Assembly (NCBI GenBank): GCA_002726655.1
Contig: PBRP01000034.1
Coordinates: forward strand, 19,087 to 83,086
Source of the DNA: Gammaproteobacteria bacterium
Lineage (GTDB): Bacteria; Pseudomonadota; Gammaproteobacteria; Pseudomonadales; Azotimanducaceae
Reading direction: 5' to 3'
Length of the DNA: 64,000 nucleotides
Within the stretch, counting starts at the first letter, position 1; each line of letters starts with the position of its first letter. Below, piece by piece: positions 52,960 through 64,000 of the stretch. A program made the translations under genes and the position numbers. Below the pieces are notes generated by a model. The model was not told the origin of the DNA. It worked only from the letters and a program-made list of their open reading frames with translations, and made no database searches.

Positions 52960-53240
52960 ATAAGCTTGTGATGGTAGCTCGCTCTTAATATTATCTAATT
53001 ATATATAAATTTATTATTGTTGTTTTTATTAGTGATGATTTTTCTGTGGATTAGTCGGTATTCTGGTCCTATTTCAAGGGGTTAGCTACTTAATAAGGAT
53101 GGTGGCCGATTATGTATTTGTGGCATAGAGGGTGTTGATATGTTGGGGACTAAACACGGTTTTATCCACCGCTCTTTGCCATAGGTTGGGACAACACTTT
53201 TTATACACAGGTTACCCACAGGTTAGTAACTAATTATTGA
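52960..53240. other. Candidate chromosomal replication origin (oriC) / dnaA control region
   Basis: AT-rich tract at about 52985-53040 (possible unwinding element). It is followed by four 9-mers, each one mismatch from TTATCCACA: 53045-53053 (minus, TAATCCACA), 53162-53170 (TTATCCACC), 53201-53209 (TTATACACA) and 53212-53220 (TTACCCACA). Located in the rpmH-dnaA spacer as in Pseudomonas. Coding strand switches here. Confidence 0.6.
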
Positions 53241-53478
53241 GTGGGTTCATGTATAAATTATTGAAAAATATAGAGTTTTTTTCGGTTATTTGTCTACCAA
53301 TGCTTGGCTTGAGGCAGTCAAAGGCGTTAGTATTCGAGGCTGGAAATAGAGAAGATCAGACCGTATAGAACTTCTTTGCTGTCTCGCTCGAAATCCAAAT
53401 GCGCTTTATAAAAAAAGGCCGTGCTTTAACAAAGATTTCTTAAAACATTATAAAAATAAAGCTAAGAGTGAGGGTTCT

Positions 53479-54813
53479 GTGGGGGCAACAATCTGGCATA
53501 AATGCCTACAAATTCTTGAAGATGAATTATCTTCACAACAATACAACACATGGATTAAACCACTTCAGGTGACCGCTGGCGGTTCTAATGTGACTTTGTT
53601 GGCACCAAATAGATATATCCGTGATCGAGTCAACGATCAGTTTCTGAGTCGGATAAAGGAGTTGCTGGAGGTACAGGGTTCTACAGAGGTAATTCTGGAG
53701 ATTGGTAGTAGTGGCAGGGCTCGTAAGGCCAACACTGACAGACAGGAAGCGTTGGATATCAGCCTTGCGGCCAGGGAGAATTTCTATCCCTTGTTGGAAC
53801 TGAACAAGGATTTCACTTTTGATACCTTTGTTTCTGGCAGTTCAAATGAAATGGCGTGGGCAGCGGCCATGCAGGTGTCAGAAAACGTTGGCGGAGCATC
53901 TTACAACCCCTTGCTGTTGTACGGTGGATCAGGATTAGGAAAGACCCATCTGATGCATGCCGTGGGTAATTCCATCATTGAAAAGCACCCCAATCTAAAA
54001 GTAGCTTACATGTATTCCCAGCGTTTTATGGAAGACATGGTTAGAGCGATTGAGCATGGCACCATGTCGGACTTCACCCAGTACTACCGGTCTGTTGATG
54101 TTTTACTTATGGATGATATTCAGTTTCTAGCCAAAGGATCCAAGTCACAGGAGGAATTCTTCCATGTTTTCAATAGGTTACAGGAAGATAGCAGGCAAAT
54201 AGTATTAACCTGCGATCGTTACCCAAAGGAGATACAGGGACTGGAGGAGAGACTGGAGAGCCGTTTTGTCTGGGGCATGACTGCGGCGGTTGAACCCCCG
54301 GAGTTGGAGACCAGGATAGCGATTCTGATGAAGAAAGCCGAACTGGAGCAGACGGTTCTTCCGCATGATCCAGCTTTTTTCATCGCAGAGCGAATCCGGT
54401 CAAATGTACGGGAGTTGGAAGGAGCGCTGAAACGAGTTATTGCTAACGCAAGGTTCACTGACCGCCAAATCTCAATAGAGCAGGTTCGTGAATCGCTGCG
54501 GGATCTTATTGCCATACAGGACAGACAAGTCGGCATCGACAACATTCAGAAGACCGTTGCGGACTACTACAAAATAAGGATTGCCGATCTACTCTCAAAA
54601 AGGCGTAATCGATCTGTAGCCAGACCAAGGCAACTGGCAATGGCATTGGCTAAAAAACTGACCAACCACAGTTTACCGGAAATAGGTGATTCTTTTGGCG
54701 GCAGGGACCATACCACGGTGCTGCATGCCTGCCGAAAAATTGAAGAGCTTAGAGAAAGTAAGCCAGAGATCAATGAAGACTACCGTAATTTGCTGCGCTT
54801 ACTCACCGCCTGA
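53479..54813 (+). CDS. dnaA: Chromosomal replication initiator DnaA
   Basis: 444 aa, GTG start. Has AAA+ Walker [11 protein letters not shown], plus the domain IV helix-turn-helix ([32 protein letters not shown]). Confidence 0.96.
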   Translation: MGATIWHKCLQILEDELSSQQYNTWIKPLQVTAGGSNVTLLAPNRYIRDRVNDQFLSRIKELLEVQGSTEVILEIGSSGRARKANTDRQEALDISLAARENFYPLLELNKDFTFDTFVSGSSNEMAWAAAMQVSENVGGASYNPLLLYGGSGLGKTHLMHAVGNSIIEKHPNLKVAYMYSQRFMEDMVRAIEHGTMSDFTQYYRSVDVLLMDDIQFLAKGSKSQEEFFHVFNRLQEDSRQIVLTCDRYPKEIQGLEERLESRFVWGMTAAVEPPELETRIAILMKKAELEQTVLPHDPAFFIAERIRSNVRELEGALKRVIANARFTDRQISIEQVRESLRDLIAIQDRQVGIDNIQKTVADYYKIRIADLLSKRRNRSVARPRQLAMALAKKLTNHSLPEIGDSFGGRDHTTVLHACRKIEELRESKPEINEDYRNLLRLLTA

Positions 54814-54827
54814 TTGCTCTGCAGCGA

Positions 54828-55931
54828 ATGAAGTTTTCAATAAATCGTGAAGCGCTACTCGAGCCCTTGCAGGTCGTCACTAATGTTGTAGAGCGCAGGC
54901 AGACCCTGCCGATATTGTCTAATTTGCTGATTGCCATTGAAGACAATACCCTAAGTATGACCGGTACCGATCAGGAAGTAGAATTGATCGCACGTACTGA
55001 TGCTTTCAGTAGTGATGAAGTTGGTGAAATTACTGTACCCGCAAGGAAGTTGTTGGACATTTGCAAAAGTTTACCGCAAGCCGCCATTGTCGATTGCTCG
55101 CTAAAGGAAGGCCGGCTGGCGATAAAGAGTGGAACCTTTAAGTCGCAGCTAGCCACCCTGCCTGTGGTGGATTTCCCGAATGTCGAAATGGACTCATATG
55201 ATGTCACTTTTGTACTAGCCGCCGGTGTATTGCAGCAACTATTGGATAAGACCAGTTTTGCGCTGGCTCAACAGGATGTTCGTTACTTTTTCAATGGTTT
55301 GTTACTTGAAGCGGAAGGCAGCCTGGTGAGGTTCGTTGCAACCAATGGCCAGCGACTGGCCACCAGCTATGTTGATGAGGTTGAGACTGGATCAAGTCAG
55401 CAGTTCATTGTTCCCCGCAAGGGAGTGAATGAACTCTCAAGACTAGTTCAGGATGGCGGCGATCAGGAAGTGAAGATGAGCTTTTCCAGCAATCATATGC
55501 AGGTTCATTGTGCGCAGGCCACTTTAACAAGCAAGTTGATAGATGCCACCTATCCCGATTACACCCGGGCGATTCCAGAAGGGGGAGACAAGATACTGGT
55601 GGGTGACCGCTTACTAATAAAGGAAGCACTTAGCCGAACAGCAATTCTTTCAAATGAGTTGTATCGGAATGTCAGGCTATTACTAGAACCTGGAAAACTT
55701 GGGATGCATGCAAATAACCCCATGCTGGAGGAGGCCGAAGAAACTGTTACCGTCGACTATAGTGGATTGCCATTGGAAATAGGCTTTAATGTTGGCTATC
55801 TCATCGAGACCTTGACGGTCATGCAAGGAGAAAAGGTGCGCATGGAGTTAACGGATGCGAATAGCGCTTGTTTATTGACAGACCCTGATGATATAAACTC
55901 TCGCTATGTTATCAGCCCAATGATGCTATAG
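54828..55931 (+). CDS. DNA polymerase III beta sliding clamp, divergent upstream paralogue
   Basis: 367 aa, full length with three clamp domains. The N-terminus MKFSINREALLEPLQVVTNVVERRQTLPILSNLL and the blocks QQDVRYFFNGLL, FIVPRKGV, TSKLID..YPDY and ANNP..EEAEE are clamp-like. Several otherwise invariant gammaproteobacterial positions differ (see findings). Confidence 0.85.
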   Translation: MKFSINREALLEPLQVVTNVVERRQTLPILSNLLIAIEDNTLSMTGTDQEVELIARTDAFSSDEVGEITVPARKLLDICKSLPQAAIVDCSLKEGRLAIKSGTFKSQLATLPVVDFPNVEMDSYDVTFVLAAGVLQQLLDKTSFALAQQDVRYFFNGLLLEAEGSLVRFVATNGQRLATSYVDEVETGSSQQFIVPRKGVNELSRLVQDGGDQEVKMSFSSNHMQVHCAQATLTSKLIDATYPDYTRAIPEGGDKILVGDRLLIKEALSRTAILSNELYRNVRLLLEPGKLGMHANNPMLEEAEETVTVDYSGLPLEIGFNVGYLIETLTVMQGEKVRMELTDANSACLLTDPDDINSRYVISPMML

Positions 55932-55992
55932 TTGAGTTAGGGTTAGTGTAAGCGCTTACTAACATATCGGTGCACATACCTGGTGGTGTCCT

Positions 55993-57093
55993 ATGAAATT
56001 TTCAATTAATCGAGAAGTCCTTTTGCGACCTTTACAGCAGGTAGCTGGTGTCGTAGAGCGTCGACAGACGCTTCCAGTGCTGGCGAATGTGCTGATGCAG
56101 GTAACTGAAAATCAGCTGTCGATGACCGGTACGGATCTGGAAGTCGAGCTGGTGGGCAGGGTGGAGTTAGAGGGAGCCAGCGCCGGTGAAATTACCGTGC
56201 CAGCAAGAAAGCTGGTGGATATTTGTCGAGAAATTCCCGAAAAAGCTGAAATAGAGTTTGGGCTCAACGATCAGAGGCTGGAGATCAAGTCCGGCAGATT
56301 CCGATCAAACCTGTCAACTTTACCCGCAGATGATTTTCCTGCGGTCGACAGTACTGCTTCTGAAATGTCGTCGACGGTAGAGAGCAAAGCCTTCAAGAAA
56401 TTACTGGATAGCACCGGTTTTGCCATGGCTCAGCAGGATGTCCGTTATTTTCTGAATGGCATGCTAATAGAGATTGGTAGTGGCCGTATAAGATCTGTAT
56501 CAACCGATGGTCATCGCTTGGCTATGGGGAATCTAACGGTAAAAACTGAGAACGATGAAATGCGGCAAGTCATTGTGCCGAGAAAAGGGATTGTGGAAAT
56601 ACAGCGCTTGTTGAATGAACTGGAGGGGGATGTAGAAATTTCTCTGGGTGCCGGTCATGTCTGTGTTTCATCCAGGGATTACACCTTGACCTCGAAACTG
56701 GTAGATGGTCGATTCCCAGAATACGAGAGGGTGATTCCAAGGAATGGTGACAAGATCATTTTTGCGGACAGGGTTGAATTGCGCCAGGCTCTCAATCGTA
56801 CAGCAATACTCTCAAACGAAAAATTCCGCGGTATCAGGGTAATACTCAGTAAAGGATCTATCCAGTTGTCTGCTAATAACCCGGAGCAGGAGGAAGCAGA
56901 GGAGACGGTATCGGTAGAATATGACGGAGAGGGCATCGAAATAGGCTTCAACGTCAGCTATCTGCAGGATGTGTTGGGTGTTTTGGAGAGTGATAAAGTC
57001 AAGCTGACTCTTCATGATGGGAACAGCAGCGCGCTCCTCGAAGACCCTGATAATGAAGATACCCTTTACGTGGTTATGCCAATGAAGTTATGA
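55993..57093 (+). CDS. dnaN: DNA polymerase III beta sliding clamp (canonical-looking copy)
   Basis: 366 aa. Closely resembles Pseudomonas/E. coli DnaN as I recall them (GTDLEVELVGRV, STDGHRLAM, SKLVDGRFPEYERVIP, ILSNEKFRGIR, ANNPEQEEAEE, GFNVSYLQDVLGV, YVVMPMKL). ATGA overlap with recF. Confidence 0.95.
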   Translation: MKFSINREVLLRPLQQVAGVVERRQTLPVLANVLMQVTENQLSMTGTDLEVELVGRVELEGASAGEITVPARKLVDICREIPEKAEIEFGLNDQRLEIKSGRFRSNLSTLPADDFPAVDSTASEMSSTVESKAFKKLLDSTGFAMAQQDVRYFLNGMLIEIGSGRIRSVSTDGHRLAMGNLTVKTENDEMRQVIVPRKGIVEIQRLLNELEGDVEISLGAGHVCVSSRDYTLTSKLVDGRFPEYERVIPRNGDKIIFADRVELRQALNRTAILSNEKFRGIRVILSKGSIQLSANNPEQEEAEETVSVEYDGEGIEIGFNVSYLQDVLGVLESDKVKLTLHDGNSSALLEDPDNEDTLYVVMPMKL

Positions 57094-58178
57094 GCCTGGC
57101 CCGGCTGGATGTAACGGGCGTTAGAAATATTCGTCAGGCTACCCTGGAACTCAGTGCCGGAACCAATCTGATTTATGGCGGTAATGGCAGCGGTAAGACG
57201 AGCCTGCTCGAGTCGGTCTATATCCTGGGTGCCGCCAGGTCCTACAGGGGTCACACAATCGAGCCGTTAATTTCAAGGGGACAGGATGAGTGCCTGGTCC
57301 GCGGTGTTATCGAATCCCTTCCATCACGACATACAATCGGTGTACAGAGAAGACGGGGAGGTGAACGGGAAATTCGTGTTGATGGAAATGACGTAAAACG
57401 TGCCACGGATTTAGCCAACCTTTTACCAACCCTTGTCATTGGACCGGATACGGTCAATCTACTGCTGGGACCGCCAGGGATCAGAAGGCGATTCTTGAAT
57501 TGGGGATTGTTTCACGTGGAACCTTCCTTCACTGAGGTCTGGGGAAATGCCAATAGATGTTTGCGGCAACGCAATGAATTGCTGCGCAGGCATGCGCCAG
57601 CGGATGAATTGGGTATTTGGACACGGGAGCTGGTTGGATATTCAGAACAGCTGGACAAAATCAGAGCAGCCTTTAGCACGGAATACGGTGAGATTTTCCT
57701 GCAAAACTGTATGCGGATGACCGAATTGCCTGATATTTCGTTCAAATACTACCGGGGCTGGAATCATGATCAGCAATTACTGGAATTGTATGAAAAAGAT
57801 GACGAAAGTGATCGAAAAAGAGGGTTCACACAGCGCGGTTTTCAGCGCGCTGATGTTAGAATAGAGGTAGCCGGTGAGGATGCTATCGGCTCATGTTCTC
57901 GCGGTGAACTCAAGGTAATTTCCTGGACTATGGTTATCAGCCAAGGGGCCATGTTGAATGATGCCAGGGCTGGCAATCTCATATACCTGGTCGATGACCT
58001 GGGCTCTGAGTTGGATCTGCAGCATCAAGCACGGATGTGTACTTACTTGAGATCGACAGGTAGGCAGGTTCTCGCCACAGGCATAGAGCAAGATAGGCTC
58101 ATTGAATCCTGGGGTGGAGAAGGTAGCAAATTGTTTCACGTGGAACATGGTTCCGTGAAGCAGCGAGGAGAAGATTGA
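57090..58178 (+). CDS. recF: DNA replication and repair protein RecF
   Basis: 362 aa. Contains L.V.GVRNI, with Walker A GGNGSGKTSLLE. Confidence 0.94.
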   Translation: MSLARLDVTGVRNIRQATLELSAGTNLIYGGNGSGKTSLLESVYILGAARSYRGHTIEPLISRGQDECLVRGVIESLPSRHTIGVQRRRGGEREIRVDGNDVKRATDLANLLPTLVIGPDTVNLLLGPPGIRRRFLNWGLFHVEPSFTEVWGNANRCLRQRNELLRRHAPADELGIWTRELVGYSEQLDKIRAAFSTEYGEIFLQNCMRMTELPDISFKYYRGWNHDQQLLELYEKDDESDRKRGFTQRGFQRADVRIEVAGEDAIGSCSRGELKVISWTMVISQGAMLNDARAGNLIYLVDDLGSELDLQHQARMCTYLRSTGRQVLATGIEQDRLIESWGGEGSKLFHVEHGSVKQRGED

Positions 58179-60596
<2,418 letters not shown>

Positions 60597-60601
60597 TTGA
60601 T

Positions 60602-61153
60602 TTATATCGCTATTAGTTTCTTCGCGAAAGCAAGTAAGTCGTCATAGACATGATCAAGTCCGGGTCTGTGTTTCCTTGTTTCGGCCCCATTTCCCGTTAG
60701 AACCAGAACAGCTTTACAGCCTGCTGCTTCCGCCGCCTGTATATCCTTAAGAGAATCACCAACGTAGGGTATTTGTGTAATATCGATACCTGATTCAGTT
60801 GCGATCTCGTACAGGAGACCGGGCGCCGGCTTGCGGCACTTACACTTGTCCTTCGGGTGGTGGGGGCAGTAGTGAATGCTGGATAGTTTTCCACCTGCTG
60901 CAGCAATCATCGTCGACATTTTGTCATGAATGGCGCTTAGACTGGATTCCGTCAGGAGGCCACGGCCGACGCCTGCCTGGTTGGTTGCTACGTGAATGCT
61001 GTACCCCTTCTGGTGCAACAGAGCGATAGCTTCAAGACTCCCGGGTATGGGCTGCCATTCCTCCGGACTCTTTATGTAGTCGGGCGAATCCTGGTTGATG
61101 ACTCCGTCGCGATCCAGGATAACGATTCGACCATTTTCATCTTGTGTATTCAT
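60602..61153 (-). CDS. gmhB: D-glycero-beta-D-manno-heptose 1,7-bisphosphate 7-phosphatase
   Basis: 183 aa. HAD motif ILDRDGVIN, Zn-binding CPHHP...C.CRKP, and VGDSLKD. Confidence 0.85.
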   Translation of the reverse strand: MNTQDENGRIVILDRDGVINQDSPDYIKSPEEWQPIPGSLEAIALLHQKGYSIHVATNQAGVGRGLLTESSLSAIHDKMSTMIAAAGGKLSSIHYCPHHPKDKCKCRKPAPGLLYEIATESGIDITQIPYVGDSLKDIQAAEAAGCKAVLVLTGNGAETRKHRPGLDHVYDDLLAFAKKLIAI

Positions 61154-61171
61154 CTGCTTTACCTTTGCAGA

Positions 61172-63232
61172 TCAGGATTGCAACAGTGAGAAATCCGCTA
61201 CCTCAAGAAAAATTAGCCTTAGCTCTGCCAGAGCAGCAAGACGGTTGTTCTTTAGGCTTTCATCATCTGCCATCACCATGACATCATTAAAATATTTGTC
61301 AACATGAGGCTGTAGCTGAGCAAGTTGTAGAAATTTTTCCTCGTAGTTAAGGCTGCCTTCAGAAAATACCTTTTGTGTCGATTCTACCTGATCTGCGAGG
61401 CTCTTCTCGGATACCTCCCTGAAGAGTGAGGGATCTGGGGGCTCAAGAGTATCCAGAGCAGCTTTCTTTAAGATATTGGCGACTCGTTTATTGGCCTCAA
61501 TTAAATTTGTAGCCTGTTGGTGCTGGCGAAAGTCCTGCACTGAGCGGATTCTGTGATCTGCCTCCAACAGGTCAGTGATTCCCGCATGGCTGTACCGCAC
61601 TGCATTGAAAACATCTTGATCAATCCCTAGTTCACCGTACCAGTTGGCTAGCCGGTCGAGGATATAGTCAAAAACCTCGTCTGTTGAAGACTCGTGCTGG
61701 TGTAGGTCCAGTGAAGTTTGCAGTGATGTTCGTATATCTAGCGAAAGTTTGTTCTCGATACATATGCGAACAATGCCCAGTGTTTGGCGCCTTAGGGCGA
61801 ATGGGTCGCGCGAACCGGATGGTGGTTGCCCTATTGCGAATAAACCAACGAGTGTATCGAGTTTGTCAGCGAGAGCGACACAGCTTGCTACCGGGTTGGA
61901 CGGAAGGTCTGCGCCAGAATAGTCAGGCATGTAGTGCTGCCGGATGGCGCTGCACACATTTTCGTCTTCACCATCATTAGTGGCGTAATAACCTCCCATA
62001 GTGCCCTGCAAGTCGGGAAACTCATTTACCATCTCAGAAACGAGATCAGCTTTGCAAAGTAGCCCGGCTCTGCTACTAGCAATCTCATCTATTTCAGTTT
62101 CCTTGGCGATAAATTCTGCTAACTTAGAAATGCGCTCAGCTTTTTCAAAGAAAGTACCAAGCTCAGACTGAAACACAATTGACTGCAGTCGAGCCAATTT
62201 TTCTTCCATGGTCGTCGCTGAATCCTTTCTAAAAAAGAAAGCAGCGTCTGCTAACCGAGGTCTGATGACTCTCTCGTTGCCTGCAATTACAATGGAGGGA
62301 TCTTTGCTTGCAAGGTTTGAAACAGTTATGAAATTTGGGAGCAGCTTACCTTTGTCGTTAGTCAGATGAAAATAGCGCTGGTGCTTTTTCATTACAGAAA
62401 CTAGCGCTTCCTCCGGTATTTCAAGGAAAGCAGATTCGAAACTACCGGATAAGGCGCATGGAAATTCCACCAGTGCTGTAACTTCTTCGAGAAGGGCTTC
62501 ATCAAGTTCCAGGTTGGCATCTAGGAAAGAAGCCTGATCTTCCAGCTGTTTCAGAATTTGCTGTTGGCGTTGTTCAAAGTCAACAATCACAGAAGCTTTC
62601 TCTAGTGTGGCAGCGTAGTCTTTCGCACTTGGAATTGTACACTCGCCATCAGACATGAATCGGTGTCCCCTGCTGGTTCGACCTGTCGCCTTACCCAGGA
62701 TGTTGGCGGGAACAATTTCATTTCCATATATCAGTACTATCCAGTGGACCGGCCTGGCGAATTCGAGGCGTTTACTGCCCCAGCGCATATTTCTGTCAAT
62801 TGGTAGGTTCGCTACAGAATTAGTCACCAGGAGCTCAATTTCGTCGTGTAGATACTTACCCTCCTGCACGCCTCGGTAAAACACCCACTCTCCCTTTTCG
62901 GATGTAAGTCTTTCCAAACTAGTTGGATCTTCTACTCCACATGATCGGGCGAACCCGAGCAAAGCTTTTGTTGGGTCACCATTCCCATCAAAAGCTGCAG
63001 ATACTGCTGGTCCCCTTTTTTCGATTTGCTGATCAATTTGCTTGTTGGCCAGATCCTCTATGAGGACAGCAAGTCTTCTGGGTGTAGAGAAGCTCCTGGT
63101 CGCGGTGAAAGTGAAACCAGCGCTGTTAAGTTGCTCTGAAAGATTTTTTTCCAGGCTCGACATCAGCTTTTTCAGAGATTTCGGCGGGAGCTCCTCGGTA
63201 CCAATCTCTAACAGAAGGTGATCATTTGGCAT
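61172..63232 (-). CDS. glyS: Glycine-tRNA ligase beta subunit
   Basis: The internal Met gives [18 protein letters not shown], the canonical GlyS N-terminus. It overlaps the glyQ stop by 11 nt. The ORF-track form (to 63397) runs into glyQ. Confidence 0.93.
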   Translation of the reverse strand: MPNDHLLLEIGTEELPPKSLKKLMSSLEKNLSEQLNSAGFTFTATRSFSTPRRLAVLIEDLANKQIDQQIEKRGPAVSAAFDGNGDPTKALLGFARSCGVEDPTSLERLTSEKGEWVFYRGVQEGKYLHDEIELLVTNSVANLPIDRNMRWGSKRLEFARPVHWIVLIYGNEIVPANILGKATGRTSRGHRFMSDGECTIPSAKDYAATLEKASVIVDFEQRQQQILKQLEDQASFLDANLELDEALLEEVTALVEFPCALSGSFESAFLEIPEEALVSVMKKHQRYFHLTNDKGKLLPNFITVSNLASKDPSIVIAGNERVIRPRLADAAFFFRKDSATTMEEKLARLQSIVFQSELGTFFEKAERISKLAEFIAKETEIDEIASSRAGLLCKADLVSEMVNEFPDLQGTMGGYYATNDGEDENVCSAIRQHYMPDYSGADLPSNPVASCVALADKLDTLVGLFAIGQPPSGSRDPFALRRQTLGIVRICIENKLSLDIRTSLQTSLDLHQHESSTDEVFDYILDRLANWYGELGIDQDVFNAVRYSHAGITDLLEADHRIRSVQDFRQHQQATNLIEANKRVANILKKAALDTLEPPDPSLFREVSEKSLADQVESTQKVFSEGSLNYEEKFLQLAQLQPHVDKYFNDVMVMADDESLKNNRLAALAELRLIFLEVADFSLLQS

Positions 63233-64000
63233 TGGCAGTCTCCTGTAGGACATAATCCCTCGCCTTCGCGTCTGAAAGGGGAAAGCCAAGATCCAATCGT
63301 GACTTAAAGTAGGTCTGTGCCACCCCTCTGGCCAGGGTGCGAACTCTAAGAATATAACGCTGCCTTTCAGTAACAGAGATAGCCTGGCGGGCATCAAGCA
63401 GATTAAATACGTGAGATGCTTTCATGACGTATTCGTAGGCAGGTAGAGATAAGCCTGTTTCCAGCAGCCGTTTTGTTTCTGACTCAAAAAAGTCAAACTG
63501 TGAAAAAAGCCCAGCCACGTTTGATTCGTCGAAGTTGAATCTGGACATTTCTATTTCATATTGGAGGTAGACATCCGCATAGGTGACTACCTGGTCGTCC
63601 TTCTGAGTCCAGACAAGTTGCCTGAAATCCTCGACACCCTGCAGGTACAGGGCCAGTCGTTCCAGGCCATAGGTGATTTCCCCCATGACAGGAAAGCACT
63701 CCAGTCCACCGACCTGCTGGAAATAGGTGAACTGGGATATTTCCATGCCATCCATCCAGACTTCCCAGCCCAGACCCCACGCACCTAATGTCGGAGATTC
63801 CCAATCGTCTTCAACGAAACGGATATCGTGGACCAGGGGGTCGATACCCAGGTGGCGAAGAGAATCCAGATAAAGATCCTGGAAATTTTCTGGCGAAGGT
63901 TTCATTACCACCTGATACTGGTAGTAATACTGATATCGGTTTGGATTCTCTCCATAGCGGCCATCTGTGGGTCGCCGACAGGGCTGGACATAGGAGGCCT
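63222..64000 (-). CDS. glyQ: Glycine-tRNA ligase alpha subunit (5' end outside window)
   Basis: Contains [42 protein letters not shown]... The frame stays open to the window edge (...[29 protein letters not shown]). Confidence 0.95.
   Translation of the reverse strand, partial: ASYVQPCRRPTDGRYGENPNRYQYYYQYQVVMKPSPENFQDLYLDSLRHLGIDPLVHDIRFVEDDWESPTLGAWGLGWEVWMDGMEISQFTYFQQVGGLECFPVMGEITYGLERLALYLQGVEDFRQLVWTQKDDQVVTYADVYLQYEIEMSRFNFDESNVAGLFSQFDFFESETKRLLETGLSLPAYEYVMKASHVFNLLDARQAISVTERQRYILRVRTLARGVAQTYFKSRLDLGFPLSDAKARDYVLQETANAK

Noticed and set aside
52917-52961. 14-codon mini-ORF (MKNPITVNQTIHFT*) with an AAGGAG upstream, inside the origin region
   Set aside because: It is too short to evaluate. 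It lies in the rpmH promoter/oriC region, where AT-rich sequence gives chance ORFs, and nothing supports translation.
63233-63397. N-terminal extensions proposed by the ORF track for glyS (to 63397), rsmG (to 47014), the DAACS symporter (to 11905), rpoZ (from 5504), yicC (from 3849), dctP (to 31809) and MttB-1 (to 14457)
   Set aside because: In each case an internal Met reproduces the canonical family N-terminus. The extension overlaps the neighbouring gene or divergent promoter and has no homology.

Overview
Origin-proximal chromosomal window of a gammaproteobacterium, about 50% GC by eye. The backbone synteny is Pseudomonas-like. On the left are algC(partial)-argB-slmA, then pyrE-rph, then yicC-gmk-rpoZ-spoT-ridA-recG. 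On the right, all on the minus strand, are uvrD, glmS-glmU, the full atpIBEFHAGDC operon, parBA, rsmG-mnmG, mnmE, yidC-yidD-rnpA-rpmH. An AT-rich rpmH-dnaA spacer carrying DnaA boxes follows (candidate oriC). After it come dnaA-dnaN-dnaN-recF-gyrB on the plus strand, then gmhB-glyS-glyQ(partial). Gene orientation flips at the rpmH/dnaA spacer. Between recG and uvrD lies a less conserved block: a DAACS symporter, ubiA, an 11-kb corrinoid-dependent methyltransferase island, a short unannotated protein, trhP, selD, an ACAD-like gene and a TRAP transporter. The island has four non-pyrrolysine MttB-family paralogues, a B12-binding corrinoid protein, DUF1638, a methyl-THF:corrinoid methyltransferase and a RamA-like activase. 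Five things deserve a second look. (1) All six catalytic partners in the MttB island carry Arg/Lys-rich terminal tails, while the corrinoid shuttle protein carries a strongly acidic N-terminal head. (2) Two diverged sliding-clamp genes sit in tandem between dnaA and recF. (3) The true selD reading frame contains an in-frame TGA (selenocysteine) followed by a SECIS-like hairpin, which the ORF track misses. (4) A roughly 65-nt conserved element occurs twice, both times next to tRNA wobble-uridine modification genes (mnmE, and trhP/selD). (5) The 243-aa protein aligns by eye to the core of U32 (TrhP/UbiU/UbiV-type) enzymes. I found no rRNA, tRNA, CRISPR array, transposase, integrase or recognisable defence gene.
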